In this document: positions 12,516 through 24,974 of the stretch, in pieces | Numbering within the stretch: the first letter of the stretch is position 1 | How the letters are laid out: each line of letters begins with the position of its first letter | Source of the DNA: Eledone cirrhosa | Taxonomy: Eukaryota | Assembly: GCA_964016885.1 (NCBI GenBank) | Contig: CAXHJY010001530.1 | Location: 1-64,000 of the forward strand | Reading direction: 5' to 3' | Length of the DNA: 64,000 nucleotides | Notes under the pieces: model-generated | Told to the model about the DNA's origin: nothing | Seen by the model: the letters and a program-made list of their open reading frames with translations, nothing else | The model's database searches: none | Position numbers and translations under genes: made by a program

Positions 12516-12520
<5 letters not shown>
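12351..12520 (+). mobile_element. PLE terminal-repeat remnant with 5' inverted duplication and the 3' half of an HHR
   Basis: 34-bp inverted repeat (12351-12384 vs about 12405-12438); GAAA-CGGCU-ugagcuc-AGCUG-UC-GGGGU is homologous to the minus-strand HHR at 46713-46808. Confidence 0.6.
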
Positions 12521-12549
<29 letters not shown>

Positions 12550-12569
12550 GTTGAAGTTTGTAATATATA

Positions 12570-12900
12570 TTCAAGTAGGTAGAGCACTCAATCTAGGGAA
12601 GGAGTTGTGTTACATAAAATATTTTATTACATCAACAATATGTTGGGGTTTAGCCAGTTCAATTGGGGATGGTTGCCACTGACAGTACCTGGTGGAAAGC
12701 ATGCTTGAAGACTCTGCCACCATGACCCTCCCAGGAATAATAAGAATTAGGGGGAGGGGCGGAGAGGAGGAAGACCTCGGAGTACATGTGTTTCATTAGG
12801 AGGATCTAACACTCACTCTGTTCTTCATCAGTTTCAAATGAAACTCAAACCCTCCTTGTGAAACACGTGCATTCAGATAATGTATTGTTCATGCAGTAAA
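12570..12900 (-). mobile_element. Degenerate PLE terminal-repeat remnant with decayed HHR motifs
   Basis: End (CAACTCCTTCCCTAGATTGAGTGCTCTACC) resembles 8153-8184; minus strand has CUGAUGA...uuagauccuccuaau-GAAA-CACAUG-UA-CUCCG at 12778-12831. Confidence 0.45.
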
Positions 12901-14599
12901 ATATTATATATACATATAGATATATAGATATATTCATGTGTAGTTATATAAAGTAGATGTATCTGCATATATAAATATGTTTACTGAGATATTAGAGTTG
13001 TTCGATAAAGGCATAACCATTCATTTATTTATTTATTGAATATACACTGACATCTAAATTTATTAAGCTGACAATCTCTGCAGTTACCTGCATACAGATG
13101 TGTATTCATGTACACATTTCTGAGTTTAAAAACGATCTTTCAATAAATCAATAAATATGTTGTATAAATGTGTATTTACTTAAACACAACCTAAATATTT
13201 AAAACTATTTTGGTTGTCCTTTTCATATCTGAAGTTGAATATCTTGTATAGTTCCAGTTATACTTTAGTATTAATTTCATTTTAATATAACTTCAATGAT
13301 AATAAAACCATATAGATTCTCTCACATTGGTTCTGTTTTTTGTGTATTTTGCTATTATTTAAACTTCATTCAGTATACTGAGTATCCTATATACTCTCAA
13401 TTATACTTTAGTATTAATTCCACTTTACTATAATTTAGATAATAATGGTTTTTAACATTGGCACAAGGGCAGCAATTAGTGGCAAGGGGTAAGGAGATTG
13501 AATATTTTACTGATAATTTATTTTATTGAAACCGGAAATATGTTGGTCTTGAACAGGATTTGAAGTCGGAATGCATTTTACTAAATGCTCTAACAATTCT
13601 GCCAAATCTACCACCATTATATAGCTTAAATATTAATAAAATGATGTAGAGGCCCTCACGTTTTTTACCTTTGCTATTACCTGAACTACATTAGGTCAAA
13701 AACAATAAATTAAGTTTTTTCTAACATTGTTTATTTTCTTGTGCATGCTGGAAATTTGAGGTGTTGTAAATAGTTTTTGCTTCCTTTTAAACTAATGATT
13801 CTAATTTTCACCTCGTTTGAATTATATTCGGATATGAGGGTATTTGAGTTATAGAGTCAAACACAGTCATTTAAAATATAAACATATCTCTATATTACCT
13901 TTTTTTAATTTTGTAATGGTCTATAATCTTCCATTGTGCATTTATGTCCTAGTAACTGCCAACCTATTTCACTGCACATTATGGAATTAATAGTTTTGAA
14001 AATTAAAACAAAAGTGTATATAGTCATATATGTGTGCTTTGAATAGCTATCATGCCTCTATCACAATGCTATTGTCAAATTTACATATTTCAAAAGTATT
14101 TACATCAAGATTTATTCAGTTTAATACATACTGGTTGGATTCTATAGATTATGAAAGAGAACAATACTTTTTTTGTTAAACTAAGCTCTGTTAATTCCGA
14201 TTGCATATACTCTCTATGAAATTTAGTGGTCATCGCATATGTATTTCAGTATAGATATTATTCTGGAATAAATAACAAACTAAAATATGGAAAAAAAGTT
14301 TCAGAATGAAGCTTGACTATTTGGAAGAGCACTAAGACTTATTTTGTCTTAAAGTTTTCTATATGTTTGCACAAAAGAAATTTATGAAGGAATTAAGATA
14401 AATTGATATGAGTTTAAAGATAGTTAATGCATGACCAAATCTCTCTCTATATATGTGTTTTTTTGCACAATCAACCACAACCTTATGGAGATTATTTTCA
14501 CTAGCCGAAAAACCGCCAGTTTACTGCTAACATATGTAGTGTGTATATTGGTAGCATACGCAAATATATAAATGTAAATTGAAAAGTAAATCGACAATA

Positions 14600-15290
14600 T
14601 CTTCTTCTTCGCCCACTTATCTCTGAGAGGGTCGTTGGGGCAGAGTCCTTCTCAAACACTCCTTCCAGCGAGTCTGTCAGAAGCAAACATCTCTAACTGA
14701 TCCAGCTGAATCCCAAAGCGAGACCAGCCAAGCTCATGGATGTTATACAACTATCTTGTTTAGGGTCTACCTCTAGGTCCCTTGCCGTTTGGTTTTGCCT
14801 ATAAAATGTGTCCAGCAATTCTTTACTGAGATATTCTAACCACATGCTCATAGTATCAGAGTTGTGATCTCTCAATTCGGAGAAGTAGCGGCTCTCCCAG
14901 GAGTGACGCTCTGGTCTCTGAGCTATGCACTTTATCGAGTAACGTTACTCCAATGACTCTTCAGAGGAATCCCATTTCTGCCACTTTTATTTGCAATTGT
15001 ATTCTTTTAGTCATTACTCAAGATTCATGATGCTCGGTAAGAGTTGGCAGGAATACTAGGAAGACAGCGAGTTGGGATTTTACACCTACCCCCTTCTTCT
15101 GATTGCTTAATGCTGAGGCTGGCGCATTACTGCATCAGCTTTTGCAATTCTTGCACTTAATTTACCCTCCTGCATTTCATCACTCATGAACATGGCTCCA
15201 AGATACTTGAACTTCTCTAACTGCTTCAGTAGAACTCCATTCACATGTATATAAATTTGAGGAACTTTTGTCCACCCGTCCATCACACAA
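14600..15290 (-). mobile_element. RTE LINE (second family), 3' fragment with (GAA)n tail
   Basis: ORF 15107-15349 gives VNGVLLKQLEKFKYLGAMF..ARIAKADAVMRQ; 3' end GCGAAGAAGAAG. Confidence 0.75.
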
Positions 15291-15454
15291 TGTGTATGTG
15301 TGTTTGTGTGAATGTATGTGTGTGTAAAAGGAAGGAAATGGATATACACATATATGTCTCTAACTTAAAAACAGTGACACACACACATATGTTTCTAATT
15401 TAAGAACACTGACAAAATCACACGCACGCACATACACACACTGTCCTATTACCA

Positions 15455-16170
15455 CTTAAGTTCTTTGGCCCGGGCAAACATCCACTCAATTTTGGAACCG
15501 TCTGGGTTGTCCAGAATTGATAGGAAAAGACTTGACGGTCTTACTCTGTGCTCCTGGTCAAGAGGCAGTGCCTTATCTGGGACGTCACAGTTAGTGACTC
15601 TTTTGCTTCTTCCCACATCCTAGATGCAGCAGTAAGGGCGAGAGCTACAGCATTCGCAACTGAACGGAACAAAATCCTAAAATACTGTGTTCTGTCAGCT
15701 AACTAAATTATCCAGCCTCTGGTGTTCGAGATGTCTGGGGGAGTCGGGCGACTGACAGCAAGGTTCTTATCTTCACTGGTGGCTCGCAAAACAAAAGTAA
15801 CTGGTGATGCTCGTGAAGGCACTTGGTTGTTCAAGCACCTCAGCCTCGCCATCACCCCAGGTAACGCTGCGTGCGTGCTGGCTTGCCTCAAAAATTATTA
15901 GAGAGGTTTCCCAGTGCTCCTCGACTATATTGTTATCTTTTGCTCTGGTAGCGTCTCGTTTGTCCACCCCTTTTGCCTGCTTTTTGTTGATGTGGTCTAA
16001 GATGTGGGTATTACGTGCTTGTGTATCTTTTTCTCTTTCTTTTTTCCCTTTCCCTTTCCTTTGTATATATCATATTTGTTAGTGTTTTCGTTCTGTAACC
16101 ATTATATTAAATTTTTATACAAATGAGTTTTAAAAAATGAGTTAAACTGTGTTGTTAATAAATAAACCTT
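15455..16170 (+). mobile_element. CRE-clade non-LTR retrotransposon 3' fragment (restriction-like endonuclease domain)
   Basis: Manual translation across frameshifts: LEPSGLSRIDRKRLDGLTL.SW.RG..L.WDVTVSDSFA.S...K..KY..L....QPLVFE..GG.G...L.LAI..GNAA.V, matching the CRE consensus RPDG..WDVT..K.KY..RGNAA. Confidence 0.8.
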
Positions 16171-16359
16171 ATACTTGTTTCAACCTCCCATTTCCAATTC
16201 ACCGAACGCTGCTATCATGACTGTATGTGTGTGTTTGTGTAAATGTATATGTGTGAATGTGTGGTTGTGTAAATGTATATGCATGAAAGTATGTGTATTT
16301 GTGTGAATGTATGTCCATGACCGTTTATTTTATAGGTTTGTGTTTGCGCGATTATAGTT

Positions 16360-16393
<34 letters not shown>

Positions 16394-16567
16394 ACAGTCA
16401 CTACTCTCTTTATACACTCACACATACAATCTCTCTTTCTTGCTCTAGCAATTTTATAAAATTAAAGAACAACATACACACATGCACACGCATACACATC
16501 AGCGTGTTGAAAAAAATCAAAATCGCTTCATCTTTCTCTTTCACGCTCTCTCTCTCTATATATAGTA

Positions 16568-17015
16568 CTAGCAGAGTTGCTCGGGTATTAAATAACAGTT
16601 ATGTATACCATTTATGTAAATACTTCTGACCTGCTTCGAAAACTATACTTTTACAAAATCATCGGCTTTTTCCAAAAGGGGGTTCCTGCCTCCAGGGTCT
16701 CCTACTCAATATGTGCCAATTCTGAGAGTTCACATTCATCTGTAGAACAAACGTAGCCCATGTGTCAAGTTTTGTAAAAATCGGTTGCGAACTCCAGAAG
16801 TTATGATGTTTTGTTGCATTGCACTGCTTCCAAGAAAGCGGAGACTCTATAATCAATATCTGGAAAAATGAAAGTGTCCATGACCATCCTGAGTACATAA
16901 GTAATCTATGTCTTAAGTTTGGAGAAAATGCTGTAGAAATGCATAACGTTTACACACACGCACACACGAGGAAAATGCCTCAGAGGAGCATTCTGTATAC
17001 TAAATACAAATATAG
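16568..17015 (-). mobile_element. Non-autonomous Helitron-like element (degenerate)
   Basis: Minus-strand 3' end ACCCGAGCAACTCTGCTAG|T; internal AAAAATCGG and AAGTTTGG motifs and a (CA)n tract. Confidence 0.5.
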
Positions 17016-17964
17016 AATATTGTCACATATATCTCATAACAAATTGAAGACTTGAATTATTTGCAAATATCCAAGTGATAAGAAGACACATTTTTTAACA
17101 ATATAGACAATGCAAATAACAAAAGATCTCTAATGTTAGTACTATGAAAAATGTACCCAATAGACCCTGTAATGTGCATCCAGTTGTAGAAACCATACCA
17201 AAAATGGAATAAAAGTACTCTTCAGTTGAGTTAAAGGCACAACAATCTCTTTAGTTTTGGTGACATGGGAAAATATACTCAGTACTCTCTGTGATAGAAG
17301 GGCACCCAGCCATAAAAACAAACTTGCCAAAGAATGATTTGGAAATACTCTTTTGTTGCATTAAATACATGACAACATCCCTAGTTCTAATGTCATGATG
17401 AAATGTACTTGATGCACTCATTAAAGTGCTGAGCCATATGTAAACAAGATGTGCCTGCCTCCTGAAACAACTGAAATGTCGGTAGTTCTGTTTAAGGTCT
17501 GACAACTTGTTCAATCCTTCCTAGCAGAAAGAAAATATTCTAAATCATGATGATAATGATGTAATAATAAGTAAATTATTGTGTAAAGTACTCAGGTGCA
17601 CTACAACTCGTCAAAGGTGCATGTATAGTACATAGAATAATATACAAATGTCAGGGAAGTGAATAGTGTACGAGTCATGATATACATGTGTGTATGTGTA
17701 TAGAGGGGGAACATTTGGAGGGGGATTTTTGTTGCTGTTCTTCTTCTTCAGCAGGCATGGTAGGGGAAGACACAGTTGTCGGTTGATGTTGTTGAAAAGT
17801 AACGGGGGAGGAAGACATGGGTTGCTGTTGTTGATACGAGGCACACCACAACAGAAACAAATCCTCCATCTCAGTTTTACTTTGATAATCATATAAGAAC
17901 TCTGAAACTGGTAAAGTAAATAAATATTTTTAAAAGACTCCAGTTGCATTTTCAGTTTCTTCTT

Positions 17965-18022
<58 letters not shown>

Positions 18023-21000
18023 TATATATATAGATATATTAGAATAATAGTTTTGATATTAGGGTATATGTTTTAGTAGCTTAGGATGCCAAATTTGAGA
18101 CTTGTTTATAACTTTAGCAGTTATGTGATAACCATGCTGTTATTTTCAAATTTGCTTTACAAAAATCGGTTTCGATACAAATAATTGCAATAGCATCTCT
18201 CCATCTCTGAAGAGTTTACACAAATTATAATTTCATGAAAGATTAATTTCTAAACATCTCTTCACAGATGCATTTAAACCATTTTGTGCTATTACAACTT
18301 CTTTATGTATCTTTATAATAAATCATACTAATAGTTCTTGCCATTTATCATTTAGTTCTTCATAATTCCCTTCTTTCAATTTGCCATATAATCAGGAATT
18401 TTGATATTGTCTCTTGTTGGTCAATTGTATCGAATGCTTTAAGGAGGCTCAACTTCTTAAATTTTTATATCCCCATGACTACCCTGTACCTATCCAATAT
18501 GTCCATCTTATTACATTGTATGCTGAGAGAAAAAGTAGATTCACAATGTGAAATTCTTAAACAAAGACATGAGCTGATTTTTGCCAATAGAAATTTATTA
18601 GATTCCTCAAACTCAAGTGACTAACATTACTTATTTAATATATATCTCACTGAAGATAATTTTGTATTGGCTTCTCAGCAATTCATTTGACTCAGCATTA
18701 TGTAAAGTTTAGAATGAAGCATACCTTCTCATAGAGAAGGTATATGAACAAGAGTTAATTTCTAAGCATATTGCCAAGTTAAAAGCAACCAGCCAATTGA
18801 AAAATATTGGAAGAATAATAAATTTGAAACAATTTTCTTATATGGTAAAATTGATATCACTACAAATGGATTGGAAAATATTGACCTGTTTATCAAGTGT
18901 AAAAACCATAAATTAAAGTATGACAATTTGGTGTAGCTGGTTATGTCTTCATCACAGTCTCATAGTAATAAACCAAACTAATTTCTTGTTATTTTTCCTA
19001 AGGAGCTTATAGATCTTAGTATGTAGGGTTTGTGGTATTTATGCTTTTTCTAGTGAAGTAACTTACTGGAAGCTTACATTCTGCTTTATGATTCTCACTC
19101 AAATAAGCCCTAAGAATGTCATGTCTGTTCTAGGATTTAGGATCATGTATACTTTCATCAGCCATTTTGCACATATTCTATATTTTAAAACATTCTTACA
19201 ATTTTTTCTTTTTCTTTTACAACACGTAGTCTGATGCTAAATATTAGTAGCTACCAATTCATCTCACAGCTGGTTGTGTTGGTGAGTTTATGCTAAGGTT
19301 ATTTCTAAATTTTACTGGCAATGTTCTTCTCTTACCCGATTCATATTTAAGAAAGATGTTATTTTGTCTGAAGAAGTATTTGAATATTATTCCCATTTAG
19401 CCTCCTGTTTTGTTTTTCATACAGGATCTTTGCATATCTCCTTTGAATATTTGTTTTTAGTAACCTTTGTTGAAATACATTAATACTCAAAATCCTATAT
19501 CACCCACCAAAATTTCAAATCAGCTAACATTTTGTGTTCAGTTACATATCACCCACCCAACAGTTGAAATCACTCACCGTTGAGCGATATTGTCAAAATT
19601 GGGAAACACGTCTTTCACCAACTCCAATTAAAGCAACTTTGTAATATAACTTTGTCTAGAGTCTTCATGTGATTGCATCTCATAAAGTCTCACATTTGTT
19701 ATTGGTTTATCAATTATTTTTTTCTTATACAATCTCTGTTGAACATCATAGGCAAATTTGTTTCTCATGTTAATTCTGTCTCTTCCCTCCCCCTACACCC
19801 ACATATGTTTTTGTATTGTGTGTTGGTACAGTTATTTTTTAGCTCTATATTAGCCCTGACCAAGTGAATCAAGAACATTCAATACATTACCATCCTGTAT
19901 TTTTTACTATTTTGTTTTAGTGTGAATTTTGTATGTCAGACTTCATTCTCTAATGTGCATAATTTAAGATTGCTGATTGTGGTTAACTGACAATAGGTCA
20001 ACTGACAATGAAAAGTTTTCTGTTTAGTTAGTGAGTTAGGACAATAGTTATTATATATGTTATGTTCAGAGCCTAATTTTGAGGGAGCCTCTGTGCATTG
20101 TTAATCTACATGAAGTAGCAAGCAAATCTCTCTCAAATCATACCTTGCTGTTTATTTCAGTTTAAAATGTTGTCTCCTTCAGGTATAGTGGAAATATATG
20201 AAGATTAGCCAAACTCCTTATTTCTCTCTAAACCTGAAGGAAATTCTTCATTCCAATATAGTGGTTCAGTCACAGTTAAATATATGTCAACAAGATCATT
20301 TTTGTTTCTTGTTTTGAAAAGTATATTATTTAGTTTAATGATAGAAAGGGCATCCAGCTGTAGAAATCTTGCTAAATGGTTGGAAGGACTCTTTAGGTGT
20401 GTCAAAGACCGGACAAATTCTCTAGTGTTGGTGATCTACTTAGTAAATACATTCAGTACACTCTGTAAAGTGGTTGGTGATTGGAAGGGCACCCAGGCAT
20501 AACATCTTGCCAAATGAATAGTCAGAGAAAACCTCTACAATTGTGGTATGTCAACTGTCTTATTGCTGTTGCCATAATAAAAATGCCCTTAGTAGAGTGT
20601 TGGAATGTAAATGAGATGCAGGCTCATCTGGGTATTCAGTAGTGTGTGGTCATATGTAAGGTGTAGGCCTCCTGCCCATTTGGGTAGTCCGTAGCACCAC
20701 TTGAGTATTGACTCTCTCTGTGAAGACCTATCCATCCCTTGCTTGCAGAGAACATGTTAAATGATGATGTGATGATGATGTGTATTAAAATTGATATTGA
20801 TATTAGAATTCTTAAAATTAATAAAGAATAAGGCAGATGTGTTGTGATCCTCAAGCCCTAGTAATGATGGAAAGTGAATTGTGGTTAGAAAGGTTGATGC
20901 ATATGTTATATAATCAATGTCTATCAGAGAATATCTTTCATACATTCAAACATGTTAAATGCTGCAGACATGAGAAAAAGAAATAAAGCTAATAAAATAT

Positions 21001-21869
21001 TGCCAACCAATGTTATATTTTATCTGATCATTCTATTAAAGTAAATGGTTGTTGATTAGTAGCTATCAGAATTTAGTCATTCATTAAATCATCAGTTAAT
21101 TGCACATTGAAACTATTATAGATTATACAACTAATCTGGTAATATAAAGAAAGGAAATATAATTATGTGAATTTTCTCATTCAAACAAATTTTAGATTTA
21201 TGTTTAAAAGATTGTAGTAAAAAAAAAAGAAATCACATGCACATACGCACATACACATATCAGGTAGCGAAGTGACCGTCGTTTGTGCATTAGTTCAAAT
21301 GCTTCAGTATTTGTTGAAACTATATCATACATACAGAATATTGTCCTTGGTATCACAATTGCTTCAAAACCTATATTATAAAGATTATCACTTGTAAGAT
21401 GTGTAGAATTGTAGTTTGAATGCATCATATTTTTGTGACAATTTTGAAAAGTATGTATGCCATCTTATTTCTCTTCTTTTCTGAATTGATTCATTTGTAT
21501 ACTTATTTACATACACACACGTACATACATACACATACAGACATACTTAGATACATGTATACACACACATATATATACACACACATACAGGTGAGAGGTT
21601 TAAGATACTGTAGAATTTCCCACATAGGTTTTAACTTTGGATAAACTATCTAACCATTGAGAAATTACATTTCCCTTTTTGCTTAAGCCTCCCTACTTAG
21701 TGTTTCATTTAACTTTTATAGGATAGTCAGAGAAAGAGGGAGCAGTGCCCAATGATCTTTGTAAATTATCCCTTCCAGACTTAGTGAGATTAATTCATGA
21801 TGTTCTACTTGAACAGCTGTGGTGTTGTATATATATGAATAATGTAGCCAGGGATGAATTCCAGAGAAT

Positions 21870-21970
21870 TACCGTATATATTCAATTATAAGCTGGTCTA
21901 AATATAAGCTGACCCCCTGTTTTATGTCTGAGAAATGGGAGAAAATCTAAACGTCATTTATAAGCCAAGG
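21870..21970. mobile_element. TcMar/Pogo-like DNA transposon terminal fragment
   Basis: TA-CCGTATAT..TATAAGCTG..AATATAAGCTGACCCC..TATAAGCC, resembling TA-flanked CCGTA termini with repeated TATAAG boxes. Confidence 0.5.
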
Positions 21971-22443
21971 CAGCTAATCAGGTGCAGTTTTGAAATTTTC
22001 ATAAGTTGAGAATATATTTATGAAATTTTAATGTTTTGATATTCAAAATGTTTTAAATTTTAAGAAACTGTATAAGGATATTGAAGATTGACTCTAACTA
22101 AAATCACAAAGGTATGGGAAATAGATGTAAAATGGTTATGATGATGATAATAAAGATACTTCCTAGCAGTTTGGAAATTCATAAGAATCATAGTTCAACA
22201 TTCCCTATTAATAAATTTCAGGTTTTGTGCCTTAAATAAAAATAAAGTTTAGTTCCTGAACTAAAAAGTTCTTATAAAAGAAAAAAGAGTAAATATCCAG
22301 TAAATTTGAATGTGGTGGCTACTATTGTTTAGTTTTAGGTCAGCTCTAACTAAACAAACCTACAATAAAATATGTAACGCAGTCATGGTTTTGATATCAT
22401 ATTTTCAGTTAGAATGTCTAAATATATGCCCTCTTATCATTTG

Positions 22444-22667
22444 AGGGCAGTGGTTTGGCAGTATCATTAGAGCATCAAGCAACATGCTTTGCAGCATATA
22501 GTTACATACCTTTACTTTCTGCGTTCAAATCCTCCTGAGGTTAGCTTTGCCTTTAATCATTATGGTGTCGATAAATAAAGTACCAGTAACATACCGGGGT
22601 CGATTTAACTGGCTTTCCCCTCCCCAAAATATTGTTGACCCTGTGCCTAAATCAGAAACCATTATTA
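22444..22667 (+). mobile_element. tRNA-derived SINE, second family (Meta-domain-like), degenerate
   Basis: GTTCAAATCC B box, CTTTGCCTTT..GTCGATAAATAAAGTACCAGT and (ATT)n tail; homologous to 35405-35582. Confidence 0.75.
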
Positions 22668-23306
22668 AGGTAGTATTTGAGGGTATTTTGCCTCCTTTTC
22701 TAACAGACCTATGACAATTTGCTACAATATTTATTTCTCTGAATCAGGAAAATTGGTTCAACAAAATCAAATATCTTTTCAATTAAAGAAAATATATATC
22801 TGATGGTCAAAAATTGATTTGTTAAACTGTATGAAGTTTTTTTTATATGTTCCCTGCCTATCAGTAACCTGTGGTGATAAAAACACCCATTTTAATTATA
22901 TGAAAAAGCAATGCTTTCATGTGATTAATAAAGTAAAGTTTCCAAGTAAGTCTATTCCCAAATCAATAAACTGAGTATATGGCAAAACATAATAATTATA
23001 ATTTCAATGTTACAGAATTAATAAGTCCCTCTTTACAAAGCATATAGAAATTTCTATTTAATCTGAAACGTACACTTTATGTAACATAAAATGCCTTCAC
23101 CATCCAAAAAATGTATCGTTTCAAAAGTATCACTATTTTGTTTTCTGAAAATGGAAAGGAGAAATATATAGAAAGTAAACAAAATCAATTTTCCATTTAT
23201 TTCTCAATATTGATATTGAAAAATATACTAAACTTTTCTGAAAAATGTCAAAATTTTGACATTTATGAAATATTAGATTATTTCCATATATATATACATA
23301 TATATA

Positions 23307-23372
<66 letters not shown>

Positions 23373-23484
23373 GTAAAATTGTATACAGGGTAAACATTTC
23401 AACAAAGTATATAAGTAATTCTGCTTACTCCGGAGCATAATCATAATAATGAAGTACAATTCAAAAGATTAGAATTTACTTCAT

Positions 23485-23524
<40 letters not shown>

Positions 23525-23550
23525 CACCCCCACACACACACATATGTATG

Positions 23551-23911
23551 TATGGCTTAGTGGTTAGAGCCCTGGGCTTGAAACTGAATGATGTGTTGTT
23601 TCCTTGACCAAGACAATTTATTTCACATTGCTCCAGTTTACTCAGCTGTAGAAATGAGATGATAGGGACTGGGGTCCCTATCATTCCACTGCAAAGTGGT
23701 TGTGGAGGTGCCATGGCAAAAAAAGCACCCAGCACTCACTCTAAATGAGGTTGGTGTTAGGAAGGGCATCCAGCTGTAGAAATCAAGCCTGAATTAGTTC
23801 CCGTATGAGCAAGACAAGGTCAGCCGACCAGACACTGCCCACAATAGGACAACCCGTATAACCCATGCTAGCGTGGAAGAAAGGATGTAAAACGGTGATG
23901 ATGATGATGAT
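23551..23911 (+). mobile_element. tRNA-derived SINE with RTE-like tail (same family as 11211-11605)
   Basis: TGGCTTAGTGGTTAGAGC head, central domain, GGTGTTAGGAAGGGCATCCAGCTGTAGAAA, AACCCATGCTAGCGTGGAA and (GAT)n. Confidence 0.85.
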
Positions 23912-23920
23912 ACATATATC

Positions 23921-23969
<49 letters not shown>

Positions 23970-24379
23970 ACATAGCTATATCATCATATATATATATATA
24001 AATGTATATATATATAAATGTATACATAGATATATCATCATATATATATATATATTTATATATATTAATTTCAACAATGTCAGTATTCCGTGTGTCATAA
24101 TTCTCACCGACGTCAAACTTAAATTAATATGCATAATGCCAATGGGGGAGTAAGAGGGGAGAGTAAGAAACAGAGAGGCACAGTGAACGCTGTAACTATT
24201 ACCATGTGTGCATGTGTATGTACGTGCGCATATATTTATGTGTGTGTGCATGCGTGCAGCCTTCCACAGAAAGTAAAAACTATCAACATGTGTGAGTGTG
24301 TGCGTGTGTGTAAGTGCATGGGCGCGGGTGTAAGTTTCCGTGCATATGCGCGTTTACATGCGTGTATGTGTGTGTACAT

Positions 24380-24483
24380 GCGGCTATGAATGAAGAGGAG
24401 CTGGCTGAACAACGCCAACGAAACAGTGAAGCCAAGCAGCGACGGCGTGCTGCGATGGTTGAAGACGAACTGGCTGAGCATCA
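24380..24483 (+). pseudogene. 23-aa-period charged helical repeat (STPR-like), probable Helitron RepHel N-terminal fragment
   Basis: AAMNEEELAEQRQRNSEAKQRRR followed by AAMVEDELAEH, an exact 23-aa period; lies next to a Helitron. Confidence 0.5.
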
Positions 24484-24499
24484 TCTTTTATATTAATTA

Positions 24500-24857
24500 T
24501 CTATATCTATATCTACATATAATATAAAAGATTGGAATTTCCGTCATCCTTTTGAGAAATGTGGAACAACCACGTCTTGCAATGATACACGTTTTACAGT
24601 CAGCCATAAGATGAACCATCTCCTAGTCGTCACTATTCTAGGTGGGAGCACCTAGAATTGTTCCTATACTATGCACAAACTGTACAACGAAGAATCTGGT
24701 ATATTTTGAAGATTTTTTTAATTGTTTTTTGTATCACACAGACACCACAGACTCGCCTCATACCGTAACCAGACAAACATCCAATACAGTCATTTTCTCT
24801 TTTACCTGTCTTCACTTATCATCTGTTTACCCGGGCGAAGCTGGGTACGACAGCTAG
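24500..24857 (+). mobile_element. Non-autonomous Helitron
   Basis: 5' A|TC-TATAT..ATAAAAG, 3' hairpin TACCCGG-gcgaag-CTGGGTA (24828-24847) and terminal CTAG|T. Confidence 0.8.
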
Positions 24858-24974
24858 TACATATAAATGTATACATACATATATCATCATATATATATAT
24901 ATTTATATATATATATATAAATGTATACATATATCTATCATCATATATATATATATATATAAATGTATACATAC

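Noticed and set aside
23551-23600. tRNA genes at the SINE heads (also 11540-11605 and 46110-46150)
   Set aside because: Only A/B-box remnants continuing into SINE bodies; no complete cloverleaf.
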